This document shows positions 24,354 to 37,435 of a stretch of 64,000 nt of DNA, piece after piece. This DNA is from Microthyrium microscopicum. Its lineage: Eukaryota. The translations under genes were made by a program, and so were the position numbers. The stretch is from the NCBI GenBank assembly GCA_010405405.1, contig MU004230.1:2080627-2144626 (forward strand), written 5' to 3'. The notes under the pieces are model-generated. The model was not told the DNA's origin and made no database searches. It worked only from the letters and a program-made list of their open reading frames with translations. Numbering within the stretch: position 1 is the stretch's first letter; each line of letters begins with the position of its first letter.

Positions 24354-27176
24354 TCCGTGGACAACACCGGACGCCTAAACGCTACGGACAGCTAAACGCT
24401 ACATATTATAAACACTATATATTTAAATAATAAATACCTAATAAATAATTCTTAAAATAACAGTGCTATTAAATCTATTACTTTTCTATATCCTATAAAA
24501 TTTTTACGCGCTTTTAATAAGAATTATAATATTAGCTATATAGAACGATACTAATTTAGGATATATCTTAAGATAGTTTTTTTAGCTAGGTTATAGCTAA
24601 TTTTGCTATAATAGATATTTTTTGAATCTAAAAAAAGGAGTATAAATAGTAAGTAATAAATTATATATAGTATTAGTTTAATAAATATTTATTATATTCT
24701 AAATAATTAACGTTAAGTTAAAGTTACTTAGATTAAAAGATATTATTATTATGCTTTACTAAGATTTTATATTTATAGGCTAGATTTATAACTATAACGC
24801 GTCCTAGCTTTTTATATTAGAAAGATAAATTACTAAATTTACTACTACTTTTATAATACTAAACTAAAAATAATTTTATAATAAAGCTTATATATTAATA
24901 AGAAGAGACGCTTTTAGAGAGTACAATTTTATACTTATCTATTAATCTAAAAATACCTTACTACACTATAGAAAAAATATTTAAACTACTTAAGAAAGAT
25001 TAAATTTAACGCTAATTCCTTAACCTTTAAGGCTCTAAATTAAAGTACGCTATAAATAACTAAAGGCTAAATAATATTTAAGATAAAGTACTATATAATT
25101 ATCTTATTAAACTCTCTAAGATTAGTATTCTTCTATAATTTAAATACCTTTAAAATATTACTAATAATATCCTTTACTATAATATACTACTAGATACCCT
25201 AAATCTTTCCTCTATAGGCTAAAAGTAGCCTAGATACTTTATAAAACTATATTTATAGTTTAAAATTATAAAGTAAAAACCTCTTAAGGTTACCTATTAA
25301 AAGGCTATAGACTATAGTAATATTAAAGCTTTTATATAGAAATATAAATAGACTATTAATTAATATAAAATTTAGCCTATAGATACTTAGAATATAGATA
25401 AAATAAGTATTAGAATAGATATTAATAAAGGTTAATAGGTAATAATTTTTATAAGTAAAAAATATAGTCGTTTTAACTATTATATCTAGAGCTTTAGAGA
25501 GAGAGAGAATATTACTATTATAGAGGGTATATCTATAACTAGATATATAATTAGTCCTATAATTATTACTAAAGGCTAAATAATCTAAGAGTAGTAATTT
25601 TATAAAGTTAAAGATAAAGATCTAGCTATTAGTAGAAAGCTTCTTTATTTATATTAATAACTTACTAATTTTATATTATAAGAATATTAGAATTAGGTTA
25701 TTTAAATAATATTCTTAGATTCCTATAGATATAATATTTTAATTAATTATTAGCTTAAACTTAATAAGGGAAGTATAGATTACTACTTCTTAATAGCTAT
25801 AAGAGCTATTTAACGCGTTTCTTTACTCTCTTTTATAATACGTATAAGATTATAATCCTTTAACTACTACTATATACTATATACTTCTTATAACCTTTAG
25901 ATATTATAATCTTTTAGTAATAGAAATATTTTTACGCTAAATACTTTAATAAAGCTCTATAGGCTAGATTAAGTAAATTTAATAAATAAACCTTCTTTAC
26001 TACTATTAAATCTATAAGACGTAAAGTTATAAAGCTAAATTCTATTAAATCTAGCTTTAGGCGTTATAGTTTTTAGCCTTTTAAATCGTTAGAAGTACTA
26101 TAATATCTACCTATAGATTTACTAAATCTTTATATCTTATAAAACTAGAGCGACATTAAAGAGAGTAAAGATAAAAAGGAATTACTTACTAAATAGTATA
26201 TTTCTTTAAATCTATAAAAACTCTATTAGTAATTATCTTAAGCGCTTAACTACCTAAGATCCTCTCCTATATTACTAAATATATTAATATATGCGTACTA
26301 AAGATTAAACTTCTAGGCTCTATAGTAAGGAATTTTTATATAGGATAATCTTTATTTAACTTTCTTAAAGTTCTATTATAACTCTTATTTTACCTATATA
26401 TATTAGAATAGACGTAATTAAGCTTAGGTTAACTTTATTTAATAAGAAAGTATAATTTATACTAGTAACGTTTCTTTCTTTTATAATATTAATACTTTAG
26501 AACCTATTTTAGTTAAATAGTAAGCTTAGGATAATAATCTATATTAAAAGATATAAAAATTACTACTATATTACTTAGTAATTTTATAGCTACTTTAAAT
26601 AATACTTAATAAGTACTTATAACTTACCTATAGAGTAAACTAGCTTTAAAATAAAGCTAAATATAAAAGAATTAATAGGTTAAAGTAGTATAATACTATA
26701 ATTAAGAACTAGAAATAAGAAGTTAAAGAGATTACTTATGTATATATACTTTTATAAGTAATAGAATATATAAGTCTATAGTTACAATTTAAAGTAAATA
26801 TAAATATACTTTCTACTAATTTATAAGCTATATTTAATAAGAATATAAATTAAGAGATAATATACTATATACTACTATATTTTTACTTTAGACTAAATAA
26901 TAATAAGTTATAAGAGTAAATTTAAAGAATTACTACCTTAGAATTAATCTTAATCTTAATTTTATTACTATATTATAAATTTCTTAAACTATAATATTTT
27001 TCTTTTAAAATAAAATATATAATAAATATAATATATTTTAAATACCTCCTAAATTTTTATTAAATAATATTACGTAGTTATTAAATAGCCATAATATAGA
27101 TAAAATATGTAGCGTTTAGCTATCCGTAGCGTTCAGGCGTCCCCCACCACCTACGGCGGTGGGTGTTGTCCACGGA
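24354..27176 (+). mobile_element. Fot1/pogo-type (Tc1/mariner superfamily) DNA transposon, RIP-inactivated, 2.8 kb
   Basis: TIRs TCCGTGGACAACACC...AAACGCTACATATT at both ends, TA target duplication (24352-53, 27177-78); interior extremely AT/TpA-rich; DDE transposase relics on + strand: RENITIIEGIS...P.IITKG (~25506), YRLLLL(DGH).S(H)LT (~25774), FL(Q)PLD..IF (~25885). Confidence 0.93.
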
Positions 27177-27733
27177 TACGAGTTTGGCTCCGTATTGCAT
27201 AACTGGCATAGTAGTTTTACTGGTCAGTAATCGTAACAAGAGAGTAGCTCAAGGGGCCAAAGTCTGGGGATCATTCGCCTTACAACTGGGCGGCTAGCAG
27301 CGGCTTCTCCAGACTCCAGTTACGAAATCTGGGGAAACTCGATCTATTTTGTCTCTAACGCCGTCCAAGCGCCGTTTGACACCGCTCAAGCGCCAGAACA
27401 TACATTCCAGCGAATGATTTCGCTAGCAATGTCTTAACTTGGCATATTCAGCCTGGTCACATGAACCCTTGGTTTGTTACTTTTATGCCCATTGACTGGC
27501 TGGGCCACGCAAGCGGTCAGCCCCGTCAGTACCGAATCCAAACATCACCTGCTCTCTACTACTTGTACATTGACCACAAGGACAACACCAATGAATGCAT
27601 CGTGAGAAATCTAGCTTTCATTTTCTACACCGGCTGTCTCGGCTGCCCTGACGTTTCGCCCGAATACAAGTACTAGCGAGCGATTCCTGCGCAGCCGGAC
27701 AAAACGACTGAAGCTTTCTGCAAACTAACTTTC

Positions 27734-30340
27734 CTACCGCCCAACTCCGCCAGCCGACCCATCCGCACCACCGCCCCGACCAAATCTTCCAAACCCACCG
27801 TCTCTTGTAAAAAACTTGCCAAAACTCTTGAGATTCTCATTAATATTCGCTGCACCCGCCTTGAGGCCATCCGCTGGTTGCGGGCTGCCTGATTGCGATT
27901 CGTTGAACCCGCTCCCCGCACCACTACCCAGCGTTGGCGTACCCAGGCGATCCACGCCTTCGCGCGCCGCGCTCATCAACGCACTGCCAAATGTCGCTGG
28001 ATCAAAGCGCCCACCAGCTAACGGACTGCTATTGAGGCCGGATGGGTCTTTGAGGGCGGCGGTGGCGGATAGTGCTTGAGCTGGCGCAGATACTTGCAGG
28101 GCAGAGAGGAAGGGTGAGGCGGCGGGCAGGGTGAGGTTCGCGGGTGCTTGGCAATGTGCATTGAAGAGGTCAATAAGGGACCGCTGGTCAGGCTTGCGGA
28201 TACCTTTGAGTTCGAGGATTTTGCGGAAGTTTGTGTCGGAGCGGTCAGCGATGTGGATTAGGTAGGCTTGGACCATGGCTTCTGGTGGTGAGGGGCGGAC
28301 TTGAAGAGTTTTGAGGAGCGAGTCAATTTTGGAGGTAGATTGTGTTGCGCGCTTGATAAAGGCAGCGGGTGGTTGAGTGCCAGGTTCGGCGAGGAGAGTT
28401 GGGAGCTCCATGAGGGCCTTTTTGAGGGCGTACGAGTCGAGAAGCATTTGCTCGGCGCCTACTTCGGAGACTGGCTTGCATTGGAAAACGTTGTTGCAGT
28501 AGGCGACTGCTATGGCATCGACAAGATTGTCGCAGAATGCTCGTGAGTATTGCGGCTTGTGCAAATATCGCAGTGTTTCTGTAGCAGAGGACTGGATGAG
28601 TCTAAGCATCTCCGCTACATAGCTGCTCTGGTCTGTGACGGTTTCCAATCTGGCCCATGGGAAGTTACGCATTTCTCGCCAGACTTGATCGAGTGATGCT
28701 TCCACTCTTTTGACCATTAACCGGATTGCAGCACTTGCAATACCGATAAAGCCATCAGCTTGAGCTTGTAGATCAACTTCGCCCTTGAGTTCTTCGTCTA
28801 TTCTGGACCGTATCTTCTCTTCTAACTGGTTGCAAGTCAAGTAGCAGTAGTCTGCCGTGTTGAGAATAACCGTAGCGTCTTCTATCGATGGTCCTGGCCC
28901 GAAGCCCCCGGTTAATGAATGTAACAGCACCTGTTGACCGTATTGATCGAGATATTTGCCAAAAGTCCTTGATAGTTCCAGAAGCCTCGATCCGGTTGAT
29001 AGCTTGGCGCATTGAGCCAGTGATATCCGATAGAAATGAAACAGCTCTGTAGATGATGGTATTACCATTTGCGGCGCAAATTCTTCTTCCAGATTTCTCA
29101 ATGGTTGTTGTTTGTATTTCGGTATCAACTCCGCGAGCTGTTTGTCCTGTGATTCGACCCATAGGGTCATATATGGTTCAAAAGCTTCAGATATGATCTG
29201 ACCCATGCCATGCGGTCTGTCGTCCCTCGATGCCATGGTATTCACCGTATCAATCGACGACCTCGAGTCGCCAATGAAACGCTTTTCGAGACTGTGCTCA
29301 AAGTTGAGCGTCTCCTGTAAGCAAGACAACAACAAATTGACATCCAACGGTTGCCCATCCGTTCGTCTCACGGACCGCTGCAGTATCGCTTTGAAGTCGT
29401 CTCTTGTGCCCTCGCAGAACGCATTCGCCAGCATCTCGCCCACCCGCCAATGCGGAGGAAATATTGACGCATGTTCGTGATCGTACACCTTAATCATGCG
29501 ATTAAACCACGAATACCGCCGCGCAATGTTGTCCAATGACCCAGCCTCATCGCTCCCCCGAAAGACTTGCCGGTATTCTCGCAACATCGTATTGCAGTAC
29601 CACGTTACTAGCCGCGCTCTTGCCTGGTCTCCCAGCGCATCCATCACTCCACATGCCTCAGCGAGCATCCCCCGTCGCGCTGCGACTTCGCCTTGCATCC
29701 AGCTCTTCTCAAAGTCATCGCACACTTGTTCCAACAGCTCCGCTTGCAATGCGACTACACTGCGATGTAGGGCTGCAATTTGATCAATGCTGCGATAGCT
29801 CTTGAAATGCGCAACAAGCTGTAAGACAGCCGCAAGTAACTGCGCGCACTCTCGATACTGGCGCGTTTTACCAAGACCGCGCAGCTGTTCGTATGCGGTC
29901 GTCAGCATTTGTAGCCGCTTCAGAGCGGTCATGGACAGTGTGAGGTTGCGCTTCGTAGCATCGAGACGTTTGATGTCGGCAGTCATCTCGGTGATGGACT
30001 GCTCAGTGTGCACTGCGCGCGAGCGTACACTATCGATTTGTGTGAACAGAGCGGGCAAGTCTGACTTGGCTGCCTGGATGTGTGCGACGCTCGTCACGTC
30101 CGAGGCGCGCTGGGTGGCCACCAGATGGGCGATCTCGGCATCGAGCGCATCTTGGTGGTTATGGATGGCGGTATTGACGGCCGCGGCGGAGGAGAGGGTG
30201 GAGGGATGGGAGAATATAGCGTTTAGGTGTTCGATAGGGTCATAATTAGCTAGCAAAATGTTAGGATTGCATTGGTATAGTCGTTCAGGGTACGAACGGG
30301 AGTCGAGGGAGTTTATTGCGTTGGATGGGAGGGCGGGCAT
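27734..30340 (-). CDS. VPS53: GARP complex subunit Vps53
   Basis: YDPIEHLNAIFSHPSTL, MTADIKRLDATKRNLTLSMTALKRLQMLTTAYEQL, EAGSLDNIARRYSWF, GAEQMLLD; short in-frame intron near the start. Confidence 0.95.
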   Translation of the reverse strand: MPALPSNAINSLDSRSYPERLYQCNPNILLANYDPIEHLNAIFSHPSTLSSAAAVNTAIHNHQDALDAEIAHLVATQRASDVTSVAHIQAAKSDLPALFTQIDSVRSRAVHTEQSITEMTADIKRLDATKRNLTLSMTALKRLQMLTTAYEQLRGLGKTRQYRECAQLLAAVLQLVAHFKSYRSIDQIAALHRSVVALQAELLEQVCDDFEKSWMQGEVAARRGMLAEACGVMDALGDQARARLVTWYCNTMLREYRQVFRGSDEAGSLDNIARRYSWFNRMIKVYDHEHASIFPPHWRVGEMLANAFCEGTRDDFKAILQRSVRRTDGQPLDVNLLLSCLQETLNFEHSLEKRFIGDSRSSIDTVNTMASRDDRPHGMGQIISEAFEPYMTLWVESQDKQLAELIPKYKQQPLRNLEEEFAPQMVIPSSTELFHFYRISLAQCAKLSTGSRLLELSRTFGKYLDQYGQQVLLHSLTGGFGPGPSIEDATVILNTADYCYLTCNQLEEKIRSRIDEELKGEVDLQAQADGFIGIASAAIRLMVKRVEASLDQVWREMRNFPWARLETVTDQSSYVAEMLRLIQSSATETLRYLHKPQYSRAFCDNLVDAIAVAYCNNVFQCKPVSEVGAEQMLLDSYALKKALMELPTLLAEPGTQPPAAFIKRATQSTSKIDSLLKTLQVRPSPPEAMVQAYLIHIADRSDTNFRKILELKGIRKPDQRSLIDLFNAHCQAPANLTLPAASPFLSALQVSAPAQALSATAALKDPSGLNSSPLAGGRFDPATFGSALMSAAREGVDRLGTPTLGSGAGSGFNESQSGSPQPADGLKAGAANINENLKSFGKFFTRDGGFGRFGRGGGADGSAGGVGR

Positions 30341-30985
30341 GTCGCCATGTGGGATTGAAATTTGAGGGTCGCCGCTTCAGTCGTTGAGTGTAATCGTTCA
30401 CAGTGGGAGACTCGGCTATAGGGAGACTTGGCTATAGGATATTCTTTGGTGTCAGGGTGAAGAAAATGCCTAAACTGTACACTTGTACGCGGTAAGCTGG
30501 CCAAGTTTCAATATGCCAAAGCTTGGAGAGGTTATGCATGCCAAGACTCGTCTATATCGATTCCTTCCACAATAGGAAATCTGAGATTGCTGCTTTCGGT
30601 CTTTTTACCAATTTTCCGATTACTGAAAATCGCTGAACACAATCAGGTTTCAAGCGCGTCGTGAAGATAAATTACACTCTCATTGATTACATTATCTACT
30701 ATGTACTGAGCTTTCTTATCGAGTAATTCGATAAATCGCGTGTGTGGATATTGATTGAGTGCGATCTATTTCGTCACCCCATGCTTTTTCCGGATATACA
30801 TGCATTGTGGAAAGCAACCTTGAAATCTAAACATTGGGATGAGGTAGAAGTAGCATTGATTCAAGGTTCTAGGCGATATAATAAGAGTTTTAGGCTGTTG
30901 GTAGTTACAGACGAATATGAGTTACAGGCTGATAGAACAATAGGAAAATAGGTTCTCAAAGCACAACACAATGACCTCTCACGAG

Positions 30986-32775
30986 TCACCAGGCTGGAGT
31001 TTGATCTTTCTGCACACTCGTGACAACAACTCCAGCGCCCGATGCTTCACCAGGTGGGGCTGGCAACTGGCAGCAGCCAAATCTCTTATTCGTGTGGTCA
31101 AATACTGCATACATGCAGCGCAAGATCACATCGCCGTAAATGTCCGGAGGGGGGGTATTGTTCGGACTGGGTAAGCCACTGGACTGGATGGCTCCAACGT
31201 AGCCAGCATTGTCCGGTAGTTCTGAAAATAATAAGTAAGACGGTGGTAAGTCGATAAAAAGGCCGCCAATGTCGAAGCTCAAGGTTGGGAGATGAGTGTA
31301 GTTCTGCGGTATAACCCAACCATTCTGTGGGTCAACGTGTGCACCAGCAATTTTCGAGTAAATCCTTTCGCAGGCCATATCGTCAATGATGAGAAGAGTG
31401 GTTCCCGTATCCATGATCGATTGGTTCGGAGGATTGACTCGCAAGTACTCGGTGCCGTCGATAAGAATTTTCGTGCTTGAAACGGTCCAGAATCCTTTGT
31501 CTGTGCCAGATGAGTTGCTGACTACGGGGGTGTAGTGAAGCGGGCCATGTGCTTGAACAATGCTTTGATCGATGTAGCCGAAAGTGTAGAAGGACGTGCT
31601 GTTGACGGTCGGGTCGCTTGTCTGCGCATAAGTCCCAAGCTTGGCTGTAAACAAGCCTTCGGCCCTCTCTCCTTGTGTGATCATATTTTCGATTATCGTT
31701 GGCTGTTGCTGAGGCCTGGAAGTGTTGAGGACGCCAAAGGCGGTTCCCTACAATTACGGTTAGACTGAACAGCTCAAACTATTGTCTGACGACTTACGCA
31801 AAGACCATCGCCATCAAAAGCCTGGAGGAATTGCTGTGAGACCTTGGTAGCAACCTCCACACCCTGATTTTTGACGATGACACCACCTACTTCGACAGTG
31901 TCGAGATAGACAACTCCACTGGCACTGCTCTGATCGCCATACGTGATGGACCATTTGTTGGCAGTCTTCTGAGAAGTAGATGATGCAGCTGGATTGTATA
32001 AGTTATGTGTGCCAGATGGAGCTGGTTGCGTTAATGGTGAGATAACCCAGAAGTCGGATGATCCAGAGTCCACGTCCAATCTAACAGGCTTCACAGGAGT
32101 CCCAATGTGAAACGTGGAAAGGTAGTATGAGTTCATCTGTATGTTGTCTGCTGTCACTTCTCCAATGGTTATATCGCCATTCGCAGAACCAGGAGCCCCA
32201 GAACCAGGAGCGGGGTCTGTTGTTGCAGGTGGAGGATTTGTGGCGGGAGGAGGAACGGTAGCTGGAGGAGGGCAAGCACAATTGCCTCCGCCGGTACAAC
32301 CACCGTGGTGGTGGTGGTGACCTACAGAGCAACATTAGCTTCGAATGAAAGAAGCGTCAGTTTGTACTCCATACTATGGTGATACTGGTCATGACGACGG
32401 GCTTGTCGTTGCTGCTTGATGACCTTCAAGCCATAATCCGGGAGCCTGTCTAATACGTCCTCAATGACTTCGGCTAATGGATCAGCAGCTTCGTTCCGAG
32501 CCTCTTTGATTCTTTTGAGTTGATCATGGTTGCGATGTTTTCTGATGAAGGGACCTGCTGATGGAGTAAGGTCATCTAATTGATGCGGTTAGTGACATGA
32601 GATTGAAGAGTCGAAGCAGCAGCTCTGAGCTCATACACTTGAGAATGGCCCAGCCTAGAGACTAGAACTTGGTTAGCCAAAATACGTTCCGAGATAAAGC
32701 AGATCATACCTTTTTGCCATCTTTGACGTAGTTTGGATTGCGGATGCGTGGAATGAAGCCTGGCTTGGTAGACAT
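30986..32775 (-). CDS. Pepsin-family (A1) aspartic protease lacking a signal peptide, multi-exon
   Basis: Catalytic DSGSSDFW and DTGTTL, flap WSITYGDQS, IYGDVILR; spliced N-terminus MSTKPGFIPRIRNPNYVKDGKKSLGWAILKYDLTPSAGPF. Confidence 0.88.
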
Positions 32776-33054
32776 GTTTGCTCTATATGCTGAAGGATGA
32801 AAAGGTTGTTATAAAAGATAAAAAGAGATGATATGAAGCACTATGCTGAGAGGGTTGAATGTGAGTTATTGATAGAGAAAGGAGAAGGATTGAAGCCAGG
32901 GAGACATACATGAGCCAAACAGCGATCAGTTGCAGTTTCTCAGTTGTTTGAATGGAAGGCGACTTCACGAGTGATTGCATAATGCCCAGGATAGAGACGA
33001 TAAATTCGTATTCACAGCAAGGACGAGTATAAACCAAGAAGGAGCTGGTATTTC

Positions 33055-33867
33055 TCAAAGTGAAGTCTGCTCGAACAGCTTCAAAGCTGGCATGAACGCC
33101 ATTCCCTCTTTTCTTTTACTTTCCACATGGCTCCGCAGAGTGGTCAAAATATCAGAATCCTTCCATCTTTGTGGCACCGGTCTATAAGCAGCTTTGAAAG
33201 TACCAACTGTTTGTGCCCATTCACCAGGCCTTGGTGATTGAGTCGGTTGATCGACCTTTGACACAGTGCTTTCATCTGTAGGCGTAGCCTGTGTAGCCCA
33301 ATAATAAATATCCCAATCATTCTCATCTAGAAAAAGATCATATTCCTTTAACTGTTCTGCGGTCATAGTCTGTAACTTCTCGTTGGCGAAGGTCGATAGT
33401 AAGAGATCGCTTTCTAGCGTTCCTCGTTTTCGACTTTGGTCTAAAAGAAGAGTTGTTAGCATATTGGACATAAATTGCCGCGTTCTACAATCGAGGAACA
33501 AACATAATAAACGAGCTCGCGTGGTGCTAGTATCTTCTCCTGTCCTTCTCAAGGGCTCTACACGAAATGAACCGCCTTCAATTTCACCCACATTGAGTTC
33601 AGAGTCTTTTGACTTTGCTTCTGGGTCGAGCTTGGACAGCATCTCTGGAGGAGCTTTATCTGCGCCGGCAGATGGCAGATCAGTTGCTTCGGCAGACTTC
33701 TTATTGGACATGGGAGGATTCAGCGGCTTCTCTTTTTGGAATTTGCGGTGTTCTTCGGCATTGTCGTGGCGTCGGTCATTGAGGTTGCGAAAGGGTTGGA
33801 ATTGACTGAATGGGCGTGCCTGCTGCAGGCGTAGCACGCGAGGGACGACTATGAGTCTTCGTGACAT
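33055..33867 (-). CDS. SDH5: Succinate dehydrogenase assembly factor 2 (intron 33503-33441)
   Basis: Mitochondrial-type presequence; [41 protein letters not shown]. Confidence 0.93.
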   Translation of the reverse strand: MSRRLIVVPRVLRLQQARPFSQFQPFRNLNDRRHDNAEEHRKFQKEKPLNPPMSNKKSAEATDLPSAGADKAPPEMLSKLDPEAKSKDSELNVGEIEGGSFRVEPLRRTGEDTSTTRARLLCLFLDCRTRQFMSNMLTTLLLDQSRKRGTLESDLLLSTFANEKLQTMTAEQLKEYDLFLDENDWDIYYWATQATPTDESTVSKVDQPTQSPRPGEWAQTVGTFKAAYRPVPQRWKDSDILTTLRSHVESKRKEGMAFMPALKLFEQTSL

Positions 33868-36072
33868 TGTTAAGAAAAGAGGAATTTCAATGGAGTTGAA
33901 TCGCAAATACAATGGCTGGTACGTTCACAAAAAATCAACGATACTTTGCCTCTGTTTAGATTGGAAAAAGTAGTTGACATCACCATGTCTTGGCATAACA
34001 GGGGTAGCTTCGGGCCGAGTACCTAACTCACATGCATCCAACCGCGATCGATGGATATGCAACAGCTTCAACTTCCTTCCATCAACATCCTCAAAGTTAT
34101 CCTGCCTTGACCGCAAATTGTCTCTGATGTCACTCAGCTCCTCCTCGTCCTGGTCTTGCGTTTTCCTGTTCAGATTTCTGTCGTGCATCTCCATCCAGCA
34201 CAGCATCAGGATCTCGTTGAGCGTTAGACCATGGAATGTCTGCTTGCGCTCCGTATGACGGACCAGCAGGAATACGATGTGAATTCATTGGCGGCAGGGG
34301 ACCAACATTGCGCATGCTGTTCTGTACGTCTGAAGGATGCGTGCTCTCCGGTGGTACTCCTGCATGAGAAAGTGAAAGCTGTGGCGGAGCATTTGGGTAG
34401 AATGTTCCTCGCACGTCTCGCAACGAATTTGATGGGTAGGCACCACGCGATGTAGTGTCAAAAAATCCGGAGGAAGTGTGTGGTGCGGATTGAAACCGAA
34501 GCGGCCCGCTGGTCTGATTGTCTTCCTGTTGCAAGTCTCCTATTTAGAAAGAGGGTTGAGCAGCTTGTTGTTTCCAATCTAGTTAAGCATTGGCAGCAGA
34601 TCTTGCTTGGCTTGCAGAAGTGGCATCTTGAGAAGGGTCGATAGCCATTCTCCACTCCTCCTTCTAGGCTTTGGGAACTTTCATGGGATACTGCTCGCCA
34701 GGTAGGCACAGAATATATCGACCACCACCGTGTTGCTGCACAGTAATACCTATAAACTCTTTTCCGTTTTCAAAATATTGATTGATTCTCAAATCCCCGG
34801 AGCGACAAGCATCGAGAAAAACCACTGGTTCCCGAACTTTTGGAGCATCTGAAGCATGCACGTTGCCGGATTTAACTATGTCCATGGACGCGTTTCTCCT
34901 CTCATCCAAGTCATATCTAACTCTGGCTTTGGACTATAGTCCGATCATAGATGATTAGACTACGTGCTTGTAGAATGTTCTGAAGACTTACGCAACATCT
35001 GCTGCAGACTTTCCGCTTTTCACTTGGTCTACGTGAATTGTTATCAAATTTCTCGGGCGGAAGGGGTTCGCCACAAGAACTACACTCGTTTAGGGAGCTT
35101 TGAGTTGCCGCTCCTTGTTTTATACCCGCCTCTGTTTCATCCTATATGAGGGGGACAATGATTAGCGTATTCAGGTAATACATTGGCTGTACTTTTCACC
35201 TGGTCTTTTTTGTGGATCGTCATCAAAGTCCTCCAATGGCAACAACATACCACAGCGACCCGAACAGCGCTGCATTGTTGATGGCAGAGATTTGTGTCCA
35301 CTACGACGTCTCGCCACGAGGGACTAGGGAGAAAGCCGAAGATTATGTTTGAGAGACTATCGAAGATGCCTTTAAATCAATGACCAGATTCAAACCTTCA
35401 TTCATCAGTAGACTAATATCCACAGACTGGCAATCAAAGGATGTGACTGCACTTTATAGAAGTATGGAATTTACCCAAACTGTCTTGCACGTTGCCCTTG
35501 GCGGTGAACTTGGGTCATCGTACACCATATTTGAGTGTGGTCGCGGGAATAGTTTACAGCTCTTTCAATCACAAGATGCATGGAAGTTGAATGCTAACAG
35601 AGAGTCCATCGTTCGAAGCCTCCTGATATTGGAAGTAGATAAGACTCTCTAAATGATCCTAGATATCTGTTGTCCACGACACCTTGAGCAGGTCAAGAAC
35701 CTTTCGATTAGAAATTTGAATGATGATCACAAGCACAAATGAGGTGTATCTTTTATCAATGTTTTTACATTATTCCAGATTATCATTATATACCAGCTCT
35801 TGCGTGTATCATCCGCAAAGTCAGCTGTGCAGTGCCACATACAGGCATGTTCTTCGTATAAACAATACGGTTCGTAGCAATCAAGCGCCGTTGGTCTCGT
35901 GGGGATCCTGCCCATTCCAATCTTTCCCATCCCATCCCCGTCCTGTCCAATCCAGTTCCCATTTATGCATAAAAGTGGTATAAAAGTATATTCAAGAAGT
36001 CGTACAAAGTGTCGTACAAATACATTAGTCGTTTTCGGTAATTTCTCATGGCGATTGGAGCTCATAAGAGCA

Positions 36073-36969
36073 TTACATCATGAGGGTGGCGGCAATGCCA
36101 GCGCCAGCGGCGAGTATCACTGATGAGAGTTTGAAACTCGTGGTGGCACCGGCACTGGAGGGTGGGTTTGTTTGAGAAAAGCTGGGTGATGGTGTTGGTG
36201 TGGGCTTTGGTGTGTATGTGATGCTGAGGGTGATGCTGCTTGAGCTTGAGCTTTGTGATGGTTTTGGTACACCTGTTCCCCAGCTTGGTCGGATGTATGT
36301 GGTTGGGTGAGCATATCCAGTTCCCCATGATGTTGGATGGTATGATGATTGTATGCTGGTGGAGTTGGATGATGATGGGCATGGCGTTTCGCTGCTTATT
36401 GGAGTAGAGGTTGTGGTTGTGCAGGGAGTTTCGGTGCTTGTGGAGTTTGATGCCCACAATTTGGATGTCCAGGTTGAGGCAGAGGAGGACATTGAAGATG
36501 TGACGGTAGCGTTCATGATTGGAGTTGAGGATGGGGTTGTGGAGCAGAGAGTTGTGGTGGTCGAAGAGTTGTGAGCCCAAGATTTGGATCCCCAAGGTTT
36601 AGATACCCATGTCTTAGTAGACGAAGAGGCCGAGGAGGTGATAGTAGCGTTGGCGGTGTGGTTAGAGTATGGTGGGATGGAGATGATCGCATCTGGAGGA
36701 CCGCAATGTGCGTCGCCAGCACTTAGCGAAGACTGTCTGCAGATGGTTGTGTGTGGACCTGATTTGTTGATGCAGTTATCTTCTGTTGCAATTCCATCCT
36801 TGCAGGTGACAAACAGTGGCGTATCTCCTGCCGCACTTCTGCAATATACACCATCCCTGAATGGACAGATAATTCCATCTGGAAAGGTAGAGTTGGGATA
36901 AAAGCGAAGTTGAGCATTGGTAACTGTGGCAAGGGCAGCCAGTGCCAAAGATCTGAGTATGGATGGCAT
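36073..36969 (-). CDS. Putative GPI-anchored Ser/Thr-rich cell-surface protein with a 6-Cys N-terminal domain
   Basis: Signal peptide MPSILRSLALAALATVTNAQ, Cys-rich module, S/T/P stalk, SSAG followed by hydrophobic C-terminus. Confidence 0.8.
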   Translation of the reverse strand: MPSILRSLALAALATVTNAQLRFYPNSTFPDGIICPFRDGVYCRSAAGDTPLFVTCKDGIATEDNCINKSGPHTTICRQSSLSAGDAHCGPPDAIISIPPYSNHTANATITSSASSSTKTWVSKPWGSKSWAHNSSTTTTLCSTTPSSTPIMNATVTSSMSSSASTWTSKLWASNSTSTETPCTTTTSTPISSETPCPSSSNSTSIQSSYHPTSWGTGYAHPTTYIRPSWGTGVPKPSQSSSSSSITLSITYTPKPTPTPSPSFSQTNPPSSAGATTSFKLSSVILAAGAGIAATLMM

Positions 36970-37435
36970 TTTGATTGTGGTTTGTGGTAACGAATTGGGG
37001 TGTTTGATAAGGCTGAGCAAGGTTGAGTTGAGTGCAAGGGGAGTGATGTTGCACAAGGTTTGCTGCAAGGGCGAGCCTGAACTGGAGAATTGTTTTTGGA
37101 GTTCCTGGAGAGAATGAACGATTTGCACCAGGATGCTGTGCGACGTTGATTAAATAGACAACGGACAGGAAAAATAACAAAGTGCGTGGTTGGCTCTATC
37201 TCCACTTCCAGCCTTGCAAAATGCTAGCGCGAGGCTGGCGAGGTTGATAATCAGGGGCAGGGATTGGTGGCGTTGGGGGCAGGGGCGCCGTTTTAGCGTG
37301 CACGTCCCTCATTTAGATACGTGCCCCACGTGGATCCCTTTTGAACAAGCTTTTGATTGGTCGTCCTTCTAGTCGGGAGTTTAAAATCGTTATCGTTCCT
37401 GGATGACTATTTGGAGATATTCTGTAGGCTGAATA

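Noticed and set aside
23733..24395. 220-aa ORF
   Set aside because: Non-ATG start, no recognisable domain, runs into the transposon TIR
27260..27430. ATCATTCGC/GCGAATGAT inverted match suggesting a structured RNA
   Set aside because: Only 9 bp; no RNase P/MRP, SRP or snoRNA consensus recognised
33925..35030. Fragmentary minus-strand ORFs with Cys pairs and splice-like signals
   Set aside because: Could not assemble a consistent spliced frame or a complete Zn2Cys6 motif; may be a real or decayed gene
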